DNA of 64,000 bases from Candidatus Poribacteria bacterium (lineage in GTDB: Bacteria; Poribacteria; WGA-4E; WGA-3G), in contig OZ251518.1 in assembly GCA_965242965.1 (NCBI GenBank), positions 672,001 through 736,000 of the forward strand. The letters run 5' to 3'. Of the stretch, positions 40,828-50,818 are shown one piece after another. The notes beneath the pieces are model-generated. The model had not been told where the DNA came from. It was given only the letters and a program-made list of their open reading frames with translations, and did not search any database. Made by a program: the position numbers and the translations under genes. The stretch's first letter is position 1, and the number at the start of each line of letters is the position of its first letter.

Positions 40828-41168
40828 GAGAGTGTTTCATAACTCCGTTTCGGTATTTATCCAGCCTTGGAGGGCAGCGAATACCGGCAGGCATCGGGCC
40901 CATCTCTGTAGTTCGGGAGCGCCTGCTCCCGAACGGGTCAGGAGCAGGTGCTCCTGACTTACAGGGCCTGGGCGCGCGGACGATGGCGAGGGACAGGCCC
41001 TCGCCTGCCAATCGGTATTTATCCTGCCTTGGAGGACGGGCGAATACCGGCAGGCATTGGGCCCATCTCTGTAGTTCGGGAGCACCCGCTCCCGAACGGG
41101 TCAGGAGCAGGTGCTCCTGACTTACAGGGCCTGGCGCGCGGACGCAGGCGAGGGACAGGCCCTCGCCT
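40828..41168. repeat. TIR variant + duplicated repeat unit (also present at 39614-39755)
   Basis: GAGAGTGTTTCATAACTCCGTTTCGG; two near-identical units of about 166 bp. Confidence 0.85.
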
Positions 41169-41208
41169 GCCAATTTGATGTGCAAAAAAAGCATTCACAG
41201 GAGAAAAA

Positions 41209-42603
41209 ATGCCAATTGTCATACCGCGCCTCGTCGTAGAGGTGTTTCAACATACAAACTTCCGAGGCAAAATGGGGTATGTCGTTGAGCCCGTGCAGCA
41301 CACTCGGCATATCGGGTTTCAGGACAATATCTCATCGCTTCGCGTTTACAAAGGTCCGAACTTTTCGTCAAATCCGCACTACAAGGTTCTCCTTTATCAG
41401 CATACAAACTACCGTGGGCGAAAGTTGGCACTCGGGCCCGGATTTTATCCAAATTTGCACGATACTGCCTACAATTTTGGGGACAGAATTTCGTCCATTA
41501 ATTTCGGTTCCGCGCTAGAGGTAGTTGGGCCGGAGTGGGGCACGATTCCGCTAATTGTGGATTGTTACGAGCATGTTGAGTTCCGAGGCAGAAAAATCAC
41601 TATCCTGCGTGATATAGCGAATTTGCGAGATGCGCAGGGGCGTTCGTGGTTTGAAGATCGGATTTCGTCTATCCGCATTTTCAAAGGACCTGATTTTCCA
41701 TCGGATGGTGCTGAGGTTGTTTTCTACGAACATCCCGATTTTGAAGGCGCGAGCCTCCCTGTCCGCATGGAGCCGATGGAGTATAAGAAAGAATTGCCGA
41801 ACCTCCATCTGCTGCCACAAAGTTTCGGGGATTCCATCTCCGCCGTTAAGATTGAGGGTTGGGCATCGTCCGGTGAATTCACGGAAATGGTGTTTGAAGA
41901 CGAATTCATTGGGAATCGGATGCGTCCCGAATGGCGATGGGAGGACCCGAAGGGCGGCGGTGCCTGGGCGGAACGCCAAGGGTATTTACAAATGCGCACC
42001 GAACCAGGGCAAGACCTCTGGCACGGACCCAACGGCAGAGGCGGCGATATGAGTGCCCCGCGGTTGTTGATGGAAGTTGAAGGCGATTTTGCGATTGAGA
42101 CGCGGATGCCCATCACGCCGCAACAGCGCGAACATGGCGGGTTGCTTGTCTGGAAGCATGCCAACCAATTCCTCCGATTGGAGAAAACCTCGGGACCGCA
42201 CGCCTTCCGCGGCGATGTCCGGTTTGAAAGGCATGTCAACCGTGGTTATCAGCTGCGAGGACGCGGCGGCGGACTTAAAAACGCGCGTGAGCTCTTCCTC
42301 CGGATAGAGCGACGCGGGAATCAGTTTTCCTCCTTCGCTAGTGACAATGGAATTCAGTGGCGGAGTTGCGGACAGACGAATGTCGGGATGGGCCATCGGG
42401 TGCGTGTCGGTTTGCATGCGTTGTGTCCGGGAAATATTCCGCCTACGTTGACACGATTTGACTTTTTCCGTCTCTTTAAGCGGCGGAGTGAGGCGGCCGA
42501 GTATCGTCCGATTATTGCGCAGCCTGTCGGCCAGCAATCTGACGAGGAGCGCGAGCGTCTCGTCGCCGACCGGCGCGAACGCGCAATGCGAGATCTTGTA
42601 TAA
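41209..42603 (+). CDS. Beta/gamma-crystallin repeat + ConA-like (DUF1349-type) domain protein
   Basis: Four Greek-key motifs (F/Y)xHxx(F/Y)xG...D.ISS; C-terminal SAPRLL..VEGDFAIET, GGLLVW. Confidence 0.82.
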   Translation: MPIVIPRLVVEVFQHTNFRGKMGYVVEPVQHTRHIGFQDNISSLRVYKGPNFSSNPHYKVLLYQHTNYRGRKLALGPGFYPNLHDTAYNFGDRISSINFGSALEVVGPEWGTIPLIVDCYEHVEFRGRKITILRDIANLRDAQGRSWFEDRISSIRIFKGPDFPSDGAEVVFYEHPDFEGASLPVRMEPMEYKKELPNLHLLPQSFGDSISAVKIEGWASSGEFTEMVFEDEFIGNRMRPEWRWEDPKGGGAWAERQGYLQMRTEPGQDLWHGPNGRGGDMSAPRLLMEVEGDFAIETRMPITPQQREHGGLLVWKHANQFLRLEKTSGPHAFRGDVRFERHVNRGYQLRGRGGGLKNARELFLRIERRGNQFSSFASDNGIQWRSCGQTNVGMGHRVRVGLHALCPGNIPPTLTRFDFFRLFKRRSEAAEYRPIIAQPVGQQSDEERERLVADRRERAMRDLV

Positions 42604-42620
42604 GGGGCTGCCAATAAAGT

Positions 42621-42986
42621 GAGGGTGTTTCATAAATCGTCCAACGTCGCGAGGGACAGGCCCTCGCGCTACGGGGTAGAAGAGTTTCCATGCCACCGTA
42701 GGGCGGGGCCTGTCCCCCGCCATGCTGCAGTCTGGGGTAGAAGAGTTTCCATGCCACCGTAGGGCGGGGGCCTGTCCCCCGCCATGCTGCAGTCTACCGA
42801 AACCTCGCGAGGGACAGGCCCTCGCGCTACGGGATAGAAGACTTTCCGTGCCACCGTAGGGCGGGGGCCTGTCCCCCGCCATGCTGCGGTCTACCGAAAC
42901 CTCGCGAGGGACAGGCCCTCGCGCTACGGGGTAGGGTGACGCATCGAGACCTGGTGGGCGCGCCAACGGATTTATGAAACACCCTC
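42621..42986. mobile_element. MITE-like element: 18-bp perfect TIRs, 8-bp TSD, REP cargo
   Basis: GAGGGTGTTTCATAAATC ... GATTTATGAAACACCCTC, flanked on both sides by AATAAAGT (42613-42620, 42987-42994). Confidence 0.82.
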
Positions 42987-43007
42987 AATAAAGTGAAGGA
43001 GGATATC

Positions 43008-43844
43008 ATGTTTCAGAAAAGCATCTGGATTCAGACGATAACCGCGCTACTGTTTATCCTTTTCGCGTCGCTGCAACCAGCCGATGCACTTGTCGGCGCG
43101 GTGGAAAACGGCTTAGTCGCGTACTGGTCCTTCGATAAAGACACGGTGCAGATAAAAAAACAGGCGACAGACCTTTTGTCAGGTCTCGCTGCCAACGTTT
43201 TCGGGGATCCGGAGTTAGCACCCGCCGCCGATTGCAAAGTCGGCGAGTGTATTCTATTTGATGGCAGCGTTGACAGGTTTCTTGTCGAAGATGCCGAACC
43301 GCCGAAAATCAACCGCGATTGGGACGAAATCACGCTGGAATGTTGGGTTTACATTACGGCGTTGGACGATAGTTGGAATCGCATCATCTCGCTTGATGAC
43401 ATGCCGACGAACAGCGCGGTTGCCAGTCTCTATTACGACGATGATGACAACCAGCACGGCTTTTTCATTCGCGCGGGCGGCAAATCGACGCAGGCTGCAC
43501 AGGATAACGTGTTGGAGGATATCCCGCTTGAGCAGTGGCTGCACCTCGTTGGAACTTACGATGGCGAGACGGTTCACTATTATGTGAACGGCCAGCAGAA
43601 GAAAAGGTATGCCATGAAGGGCGGCAAATTGCCGAAAGGCGGGCTGCTGCTTGGCATCGGTGACCGGTCGGACGGCTGCGATTGCGATACTATCCAGGGA
43701 TATATTGACGAATTCCGCATCTATGAACGCGCCCTGAGCGCGGCTGAAGTGAAAAACAACATGGATGCAGAAGGGCTGGATGTTAGTCCTTCCGCAGAGC
43801 AGTTGAGCGTCACGTGGGGGCATATCAAGGCGAGAAGGAGATAA
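43008..43844 (+). CDS. Secreted LamG/concanavalin-like domain protein
   Basis: Signal peptide, LVAYWSFD, WLHLVGTYDG, GYIDEFRIYERALS, C-terminal LSVTWGHIK. Confidence 0.88.
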   Translation: MFQKSIWIQTITALLFILFASLQPADALVGAVENGLVAYWSFDKDTVQIKKQATDLLSGLAANVFGDPELAPAADCKVGECILFDGSVDRFLVEDAEPPKINRDWDEITLECWVYITALDDSWNRIISLDDMPTNSAVASLYYDDDDNQHGFFIRAGGKSTQAAQDNVLEDIPLEQWLHLVGTYDGETVHYYVNGQQKKRYAMKGGKLPKGGLLLGIGDRSDGCDCDTIQGYIDEFRIYERALSAAEVKNNMDAEGLDVSPSAEQLSVTWGHIKARRR

Positions 43845-43887
43845 TGGCATCGAAAGCCGAGTCAATTATGGAAAGACGGAGAGAGAC

Positions 43888-44928
43888 ATGAATGCAACGA
43901 AGAGCAGAGCGGAATACAAAAATACCGGCATTGGCGTTATCGGTTGCGGCGGCATGGGCAGAAGCCTCGCTACCAGCGCGCACGCCGTTGAAGGGATAGA
44001 GGTTATCGCTGTCAGCGATTTGCATGAGGAACTGGCGAAGAAGCTCGCCGAAGACCTCGGGGCAACCTACACCTTAGATTACCACGAGTTGCTCGCCGAT
44101 GACAACATCTGCGCCGTGCTTATCGCTTCACCGCCGTTTATGCATAGTCCGATGGCTGTAAACGCGGCGAACGCCGGCAAGCATATCTTCTCCGAAAAAC
44201 CGATGGCCCCGACGCTCGCCGCTTGCGATGCGATGATAGCCGCCGCTGCGGACAACAACGTCAAACTCACCATCGGGCTCGTGTGCCGTTACCATGCGAC
44301 GCATTCTGCCGTGCGCGAGATTGTGCGTAGCGGAGAATTAGGCGCGCCTGTCTGCATGATGGTGCATCGGATTGGCGGGCCGTGGCGGAGCGGCGGACAT
44401 CACACCCCATGGCGATTGGCGCGCGCGAAATCAGGCGGCAGCCTCATGGAAATCAACGCGCACGAGATTGATTTCATGCGTTGGACCTGCGGTGAAGTCG
44501 CCTCTGTCTATGCCGCCGGCGGACAGTATATCCAACAAGAGAGTGACTATCCTGATGTCGTGCTTGCCTCGTTGCAGTTTAAGAACGGTGCTGTCGGACT
44601 GCTCCATTCCAGCCATGTTTCTGCTGTGGGAGGGTATGGCGGCCGTGTGGATTGCGAGGGCGGCTCCATCTATTTTCCACAGATTTGGGGTGGCGATGCG
44701 ACGCTCCAGATTAAGCCGTTTGAGGGTGAGGGTAGACGTATCAAGATTTCAGATATTCAGGTGCCGCCTCCGGTGCAGGAGGAAATCCGCGTCTTCGTTG
44801 AGGCAATCCGTAACGATACGCCGCCGCTGATTACTGGGGCTGATGGCCGCGCCGCCGTTGAAATCGCCTTGGCGGCGTATCAATCCGTTGAGAGTGGACA
44901 GCCGGTTGCGTTGCCGCTTTCTCAATAA
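43888..44928 (+). CDS. Gfo/Idh/MocA oxidoreductase
   Basis: IGVIGCGGMG, SEKPMA, HEID. Confidence 0.92.
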   Translation: MNATKSRAEYKNTGIGVIGCGGMGRSLATSAHAVEGIEVIAVSDLHEELAKKLAEDLGATYTLDYHELLADDNICAVLIASPPFMHSPMAVNAANAGKHIFSEKPMAPTLAACDAMIAAAADNNVKLTIGLVCRYHATHSAVREIVRSGELGAPVCMMVHRIGGPWRSGGHHTPWRLARAKSGGSLMEINAHEIDFMRWTCGEVASVYAAGGQYIQQESDYPDVVLASLQFKNGAVGLLHSSHVSAVGGYGGRVDCEGGSIYFPQIWGGDATLQIKPFEGEGRRIKISDIQVPPPVQEEIRVFVEAIRNDTPPLITGADGRAAVEIALAAYQSVESGQPVALPLSQ

Positions 44929-45099
44929 ACCGTCGCCAGTCCTCGTAGGGCGAGGGCCTGTCCCTCGCCATGCTGCACGAGACCGGGAGGTCTCGCCTAC
45001 GGGGACATCGCCGCCTGTCTGTCGCCACGTTGAAACGCTGAACATCGAGACCGGGAGGTCTCGCCTACCTCAAACTACGATTTTGAATGAGGAAAAACT

Positions 45100-46038
45100 A
45101 TGAAAATCTCTGTCTGGGATGGTGGGCTTTCAGATGCCTACCTGAGACAAGTCACGCAGCTCGGTGCCGATTGCATCGATTTTGGAAACGGGGGCTCTTT
45201 CCCCGGTGTCAACGAACAAGGTTATCCGGATTTGGATGAGCTCCTGAAAATCAAAAAGCGTATCCGTTCCTGGGGGTTGGACATCAATCGTGTCACGCTT
45301 CCGAATATCACCGAGAAGTTCATGAAGGGACAGCCCGGTGGTGAGAAAGAGTTAGAGAATACGTGCAACGCGCTCCGCGTTTTCGCCGAAGCCGGGGTGC
45401 CTATTGCGCGGCAACGCTTTTGGGGCGATACGTTTGACTACCTGATGACGCGCTATTCTGCTGTGCATAGAGGCGGCTATATCTCCCGTGGGGAGAGCCG
45501 CGCCGCTACAAAGAATCCGCCGCCCACTCCGACGGTGGCAGAGCTTGACGTGTGGTGGGAGCGTTTCTGCGAGATTTACGGTGCCCTTGTCCCAATCGCT
45601 GATGAATACGGCATCAAACTTGCCATTCATCCGTCAGATGTGCCGAATCCGGATACGCCGCTTGGCAGTCTGGGTTTTCATCGGGTTATTGATGCGTTTC
45701 CAAGCAAAAATGTCGGTTACCTCTATTGCTGCGGTACCCGTGCGGAAGCCGGTGGGAGTGCTATCGTTCTTGATGAAATCAATAACTATGGGCGCAAGGG
45801 ACGCATTTTTATGATTCATTTGCGGAACGTGCGCGGCAGTCTTGCGACAGCGGGTGCTTTTGAGGAAACTCTCTTGGATGATGGCGATATGAACGTGTTC
45901 AAGATTATCCTTGAACTGCGGAAAGTCGGGTTTGATGGGTGCATTAACGCCGATCACATTCCGAAGTTGGAGGGGGATGTCGGCTTGGCGTATTCAGTGG
46001 GGTATATCAAGGCACTGTTTGCGGCGTTGGCGGTGTAA
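45100..46038 (+). CDS. Mannonate dehydratase (UxuA)-like protein
   Basis: KLAIHPSD, IHLRNVRG, DDGDMN, ADHIP. Confidence 0.82.
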   Translation: MKISVWDGGLSDAYLRQVTQLGADCIDFGNGGSFPGVNEQGYPDLDELLKIKKRIRSWGLDINRVTLPNITEKFMKGQPGGEKELENTCNALRVFAEAGVPIARQRFWGDTFDYLMTRYSAVHRGGYISRGESRAATKNPPPTPTVAELDVWWERFCEIYGALVPIADEYGIKLAIHPSDVPNPDTPLGSLGFHRVIDAFPSKNVGYLYCCGTRAEAGGSAIVLDEINNYGRKGRIFMIHLRNVRGSLATAGAFEETLLDDGDMNVFKIILELRKVGFDGCINADHIPKLEGDVGLAYSVGYIKALFAALAV

Positions 46039-46087
46039 GATTCCTATTTCGCTGAGGGTTTCGTAGGGCGAGGGCCTGTCCCTCGCC

Positions 46088-46606
46088 CTATTCGTTGATG
46101 AGCGATTCGCGCGCATGTTTCGTTTTTCTTATCGCGTCGGCAATATTGCCTTCATAACTGCATCGCGTTGTATAAATCAAGGATTCTTGCCCGCGAAAAA
46201 TCACTCCGGCCCGTTTACTTCGTTTTCTGCGCCGCGTCTTGGGAATTCTCCCACCGTGGACAAGGAGTGGTATACAAATCGTTTTGACATTCCTTGGCAC
46301 TATGCGAGCGGCAATGCGCGCACCTTCTTGCAGCTGCTTGATGGCTTCCGACGCGTCAACTTGTCCACGCTTGAGTTCCATTGGGACGGTAACGAGACTT
46401 TCCTGTTCCGTGTCAATGGAAAAGAGGATAAAGTCGCATTGCGCTTTCACGGCTCTGTCTTTTGGAAACGCGAGATCAACGTCTAACATCACCCGCTCGC
46501 GCGGGAGGTTCGCCAAAGAGACGCGACATCCTTCTCGTGTGTAAGACTTGGCTTCCCTATCGCCTATCCACCGGCGAATGTCGTCAAGCACCTCATGTAG
46601 ATTCAC
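46088..46606 (-). CDS. Putative PD-(D/E)XK nuclease-fold protein coupled to the upstream ATPase
   Basis: CDFIL...ELKRG....A.KQL; likely GTG start at 46606 overlapping the ATPase end. Confidence 0.65.
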   Translation of the reverse strand: MNLHEVLDDIRRWIGDREAKSYTREGCRVSLANLPRERVMLDVDLAFPKDRAVKAQCDFILFSIDTEQESLVTVPMELKRGQVDASEAIKQLQEGARIAARIVPRNVKTICIPLLVHGGRIPKTRRRKRSKRAGVIFRGQESLIYTTRCSYEGNIADAIRKTKHARESLINE

Positions 46607-47801
46607 TTGCACTACCACCTTCCTGCTTTTCGACGTGGGTTTGGAGAGCCACCGCACGGTTATATTGAGTTTCGGAAACGTCTTCATATTCTTCCGGATA
46701 GATGCCGCCTCTCACTTCAAAGGGCAGTTCTGTCACTGCGCCACACCGTCGGAACCGCCAAACGCCTACCTCCTCTGGCAGCAGCCACGTTTCGATTTTT
46801 TCCTCTTTTTCGTCTAGCATTCCTTCCAGCATCAGGGTGCTGATTTCTTCGACGAGCCAATCGCTGTGGGTTGTGACGAGCACTTTCACGCCAGCGCGAA
46901 CTAACCGGCCAAGCGTTAACGCGAGGTTCACTTGTGCACCGGGATGCAGGTGCGCCTCCGGTTCCTCAATGATGAGGAAATCACCCGGGTGAACGATGCT
47001 CCGGAGAAACATGACTAACGGCGCGAGTTCGGCTACCACGGAAGAGGCATGCCTTAGCGCGAGTTCGGTTTTCGCACCGTACGGACGGTAGCGCACCTCC
47101 GGATACCCACACGCCGAGGGACTCACGTGTAAATGGCCGGAAAGCACCTCTGCTTCCAATCTTTTTGCAAGATACCGCATGTTGCCATTTTGCGTCTTGT
47201 CCTCCTGATAGCCGCGGATGTGCTGCAGAAAGGCTGCGGGGATGCATGATAGGAACGGCATCTCTAGCAGGGGTTCATCCTTCATATAGGGGGCGTGTTC
47301 TCTCAATGAATTGGCAATGAGCCGCTGTTGCTGCATCAGCCCACTGCGAGCCGCCGGGAGGTAGTACCGATTTCCTGCATGCCAACTGGCAGCGGAGCCG
47401 TTGTCGGTTTCTGAACGGAGTGTCCACGCTGCATCGGCGGCTGTCACGTGGATACCCCAGCCATCAGCGGCACCATTGCGCACTTTTAGTGAGAGTGACA
47501 TCTCGTCCGGATGTTCTCCTGTCACTCGTTGAAGTGCCGAAATCGTTTCCAAATCGAAGCAATTTCTGAGTTCCCTCTCTAAGTCAGTATAGACGATGTC
47601 TTCAGCGGCTTTTGGTGCGCTGCCTGCGAAAACACCGTGCAACGCATAAACGAGCGTCGCGAAATAGGTTTTACCGGTGTTGCTCGGGCCGAGGAATACG
47701 GTAAGTGGCCGTAAGTCGACTGTGCCTTCGGGAATCGGACCGAAGTTGCGGACAGCAATTTCCACTTTCGGTTGCGGTGCGGTGTCATTAAGGTTGCTCA
47801 T
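46593..47801 (-). CDS. ABC-type (AAA_15/AAA_21-like) ATPase
   Basis: VRNFGPI, GPSNTGKT, LPAARSG, IIEEPEAHLHP, VTTHS. Confidence 0.88.
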   Translation of the reverse strand: MSNLNDTAPQPKVEIAVRNFGPIPEGTVDLRPLTVFLGPSNTGKTYFATLVYALHGVFAGSAPKAAEDIVYTDLERELRNCFDLETISALQRVTGEHPDEMSLSLKVRNGAADGWGIHVTAADAAWTLRSETDNGSAASWHAGNRYYLPAARSGLMQQQRLIANSLREHAPYMKDEPLLEMPFLSCIPAAFLQHIRGYQEDKTQNGNMRYLAKRLEAEVLSGHLHVSPSACGYPEVRYRPYGAKTELALRHASSVVAELAPLVMFLRSIVHPGDFLIIEEPEAHLHPGAQVNLALTLGRLVRAGVKVLVTTHSDWLVEEISTLMLEGMLDEKEEKIETWLLPEEVGVWRFRRCGAVTELPFEVRGGIYPEEYEDVSETQYNRAVALQTHVEKQEGGSASEST

Positions 47802-47934
47802 CGTCAGTTCTCCTGTTAAGATTTGATGAAAAGTTTGATACTATGATACCATATTTTCGCGGAGAAATCAATCCAAAAACCGAAATACCGCGGCGGCATT
47901 TCGGTTTCCATCTACGATGAAAAAACGTCGCCCC

Positions 47935-48430
47935 TTCACGTAGGGCGAGGGCCTGTCCCTCGCCATCGTCCGCGCAATCCAACGATCGCGGGGGCCTGTC
48001 CCCCGCGCTACAGTAACGGGAGGGTTTCTTGGTCGAAAAACGCCCCCTTCCGCGTAGGGCGAGGGCCTGTCCCTCGCCATGCTGCGGTTTACCGGACGTT
48101 CGCGGGGGATAGGCCCCTGCACTACGAAAAAAAACGTCTCTTAGGTCCGTAGGACCTTAATGTCTATAGCCGGCGCGCCTGCGAAGAATCCTAAGGTCCT
48201 TTAGGTCCTTAATAGATTTTGCGAAGTCTGCGCGTGTTTTTTATTAAGGACCTAAAGGACCTTGATAGAGAGCGACACGTTTTTCTATAGACATTAAGGA
48301 CCTAAAGGACCTAAAACGTCACCGCTTGACGATGGAGCTCGCGGGGGCCTGTCCCCCGCGCTACGGGAACATTGAGACCGGGAGGGCGCACCGGCAGGAA
48401 GAAATCGAGACCGGGAGGTCTCTCCTACCG
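47935..48430. repeat. REP mosaic with CTATAGACATTAAGGACCT-type units
   Basis: Direct inspection; closely related block at 53260-53530. Confidence 0.85.
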
Positions 48431-48647
48431 GGAAGGCATCGAAATATGGAACACCCACTTTCAATTATCTTGCAATGCTTCCGCTGCTCGTGTAAGATAG
48501 GCCAGATAAGATAGGACAAACGCAGGGCGGCACCAGGTAGGCGCGCAATTTCAATTGTGCGCGGTTTCAAATCGCACCTACCAGTGAAGAATGATAATGC
48601 ATTTGCGTCCGTCCTATAAGATGGAAAACAGAAAGGAGGTTTGACTC

Positions 48648-49478
48648 ATGATAGGCATCTCTTATCATGCAGGCGGCATGAAGGACCTGCCGCTGAAACA
48701 GGTTATCGGTATCCTCGCCGAAGTCGGCTACGATGCCATTGAGATGATGTGCGGCCCCGATGCACACATTCTGTCAGGAGAAGTGAACAGCGCGTTGCTC
48801 AAAGAGGTCAGGGCGATGACGGAAGACCACGGCTTAAAAGTCGCTGTCATCAATCCGTTTACCGGAAAAGGGTTATATCACCTCGCACTGGAGGATAAGC
48901 AAACCGCGATGGACCATTATGCTTTGCTCCAAGATGTCGCGGTGGCACTTGGTGCGCACGGCGTTAATTTCCTCACTGGTTACGGTGGCGACAAAGGTGA
49001 CGCGTTCGCGTGGCGGCTTCTCGTTGACGTGCTGAAACCGATCTGCCGTCGCGCAGAAGAACTCGGCATCACGATGCATATCCATAACCACGAGGCGACG
49101 ACGATCGATGCCTCTTCCAAGGTTACTTTATTGATTGAGCATGTCGGTTCTGATGCGTTGAAGGCACTCAACGACATCACCAATTTCTATCACCTCGGCG
49201 AGGATATCGCGGCGGTGACAGAGAAGTTGGGCGCGTTCACGGCGCACTGCCATGTCAAAGGTGTGACAGGCATGTATCCGTATAGCACTTTCCTCATTCC
49301 CGGTGAGGAGGGAGACGCGTTAGATTTCCGCACTTTCGCTGAGGCGTTAGGCAAGGTAGGCTACGATAAATACGTTTCGGTGGAGACTTTTCCGCACATG
49401 CGGATGGAGAAGGCGCGCATCGCTTATGAGATGATGGCGGGGACGTTGCAAGAGTTGGGGCTGCGGGAAGTTCGGTAG
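48648..49478 (+). CDS. Sugar phosphate isomerase/epimerase
   Basis: GYDAIE, IHNHE, DITN, HCHVK, VSVE. Confidence 0.85.
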   Translation: MIGISYHAGGMKDLPLKQVIGILAEVGYDAIEMMCGPDAHILSGEVNSALLKEVRAMTEDHGLKVAVINPFTGKGLYHLALEDKQTAMDHYALLQDVAVALGAHGVNFLTGYGGDKGDAFAWRLLVDVLKPICRRAEELGITMHIHNHEATTIDASSKVTLLIEHVGSDALKALNDITNFYHLGEDIAAVTEKLGAFTAHCHVKGVTGMYPYSTFLIPGEEGDALDFRTFAEALGKVGYDKYVSVETFPHMRMEKARIAYEMMAGTLQELGLREVR

Positions 49479-49539
49479 GAGAAACCTTGAAACTCGGTAG
49501 GCGCGCTTTCAGAACGCGCCTACCCGAGATGAGACGCGC

Positions 49540-50328
49540 CTACAACTCTAATGCCTTAATGCCCGGCCAATCGCGCCACATATCCTCGTTGGGCGGTTCC
49601 TCCTGCGTCTGCGGCAGTTCTGTCTTCCGGAAATCGTAAAGCACCGCTTGCCGAATCTGCCGCGAATAATTATGTCCAGCCGCATGCCCAATGCGATGAT
49701 GCCAGAACACAATATCACCGGCGTTGCCGTAACACTCAACACCCGGCTCCCGGCTGAGCCGCTCCCGGTCTGCGTCATACGCCGGTTTCGGTTCGTTCTT
49801 ATACTGCGAATGGTAATCGTAATAGAACGTGCGATGGCTCCCCGGCCAGACGGTGAACCCGCCGCCTTCCGGTGGCACATCGTCAATATAGCCGACAACA
49901 CCGAGGTGAAACGGATGCGCGTCGACGTGACACCCGATCGATTTCTTCGGGACATCGCCGTATGGCAGCGTGCAGTAGATGCCGCGCACGCGTTCGGGCC
50001 GAACGAGATTCCCTTCACCTAAAAACTGCTCTGCCATCCGCCAGACATTTGCATCGGTGGCGAGGAGGCGCACCATCCACTCTTCACCGCCCGGTTCCCG
50101 GAAGTTCCAACGGAAGCCTTTCCGCTTGTTGTCGGAAGCCTCGTTTTCTTCTTCGGGCGCGAAGGGGCCTATCCACGTTTCAGGATTCTCGCGAGTCCGT
50201 CCTAACGGGGCTCCCTCCCAAAGTCGCGTCCGCGCGCGTTCCATCAATTCTGGGTCGAGGACATTCCGTTTGACCAGGTAGCCGTTGTCTCTGAAAAATG
50301 CAATCTCTTCACGTGTGAGTTCAATCAT
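49540..50328 (-). CDS. PhyH-family dioxygenase
   Basis: FFRDNGYLV, HVD, GGFTVWPGSH, GDIVFWHHRIGH. Confidence 0.88.
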   Translation of the reverse strand: MIELTREEIAFFRDNGYLVKRNVLDPELMERARTRLWEGAPLGRTRENPETWIGPFAPEEENEASDNKRKGFRWNFREPGGEEWMVRLLATDANVWRMAEQFLGEGNLVRPERVRGIYCTLPYGDVPKKSIGCHVDAHPFHLGVVGYIDDVPPEGGGFTVWPGSHRTFYYDYHSQYKNEPKPAYDADRERLSREPGVECYGNAGDIVFWHHRIGHAAGHNYSRQIRQAVLYDFRKTELPQTQEEPPNEDMWRDWPGIKALEL

Positions 50329-50782
50329 GATTCCGCTCCTTTTGTATTATGAGTTTAACGTTTCTTTTAAGAAAAAGCAAGAAAAATATGAGCAGGATTG
50401 AGCAGGATTTACAAGATTGAGCAAGATATGAGCAGGATTTACAAGAAAAGACAAGATTAGCAAGATTATATGAGAGTGTTTCATAACTCGCTCAACGCCG
50501 CAGGGGACAAGTCCCCGCGCTACGATGAAAAAAACGCCGCCCCTTCACGTAGGGCGAGGGCCCTCGGATGCCACACGCGCATCCGAGCGGGTTTCCCTCG
50601 CCACGCGTTCTGCTGTCAGACCGCATCCCCCCCCCCTGTAGGTCAGGATCGCCTGATCCTGACCCGTTTGGGAGCGGGTGCTCCCGAACTACAGATGTCT
50701 CTCTTACGGTATTGCATCGAGACCAGGAGGTCTCTCCTACCGAAGCATTGAGACTAGGAGGTCTCTCCTACGGGAATATCTC

Positions 50783-50811
50783 TTGACACGAAACCCAATT
50801 TCAATTACCAT
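50783..50811 (+). promoter_or_regulatory. Sigma70 promoter giving a probable leaderless mRNA
   Basis: TTGACA-17-TACCAT, ATG 7 nt later, no SD. Confidence 0.55.
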
Positions 50812-50818
50812 AAACCGC

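Noticed and set aside
46607-46687. 95-bp overlap between the ATPase and its downstream gene
   Set aside because: A GTG at 46606 with an SD-like GGAAGGTGG gives a normal short overlap.
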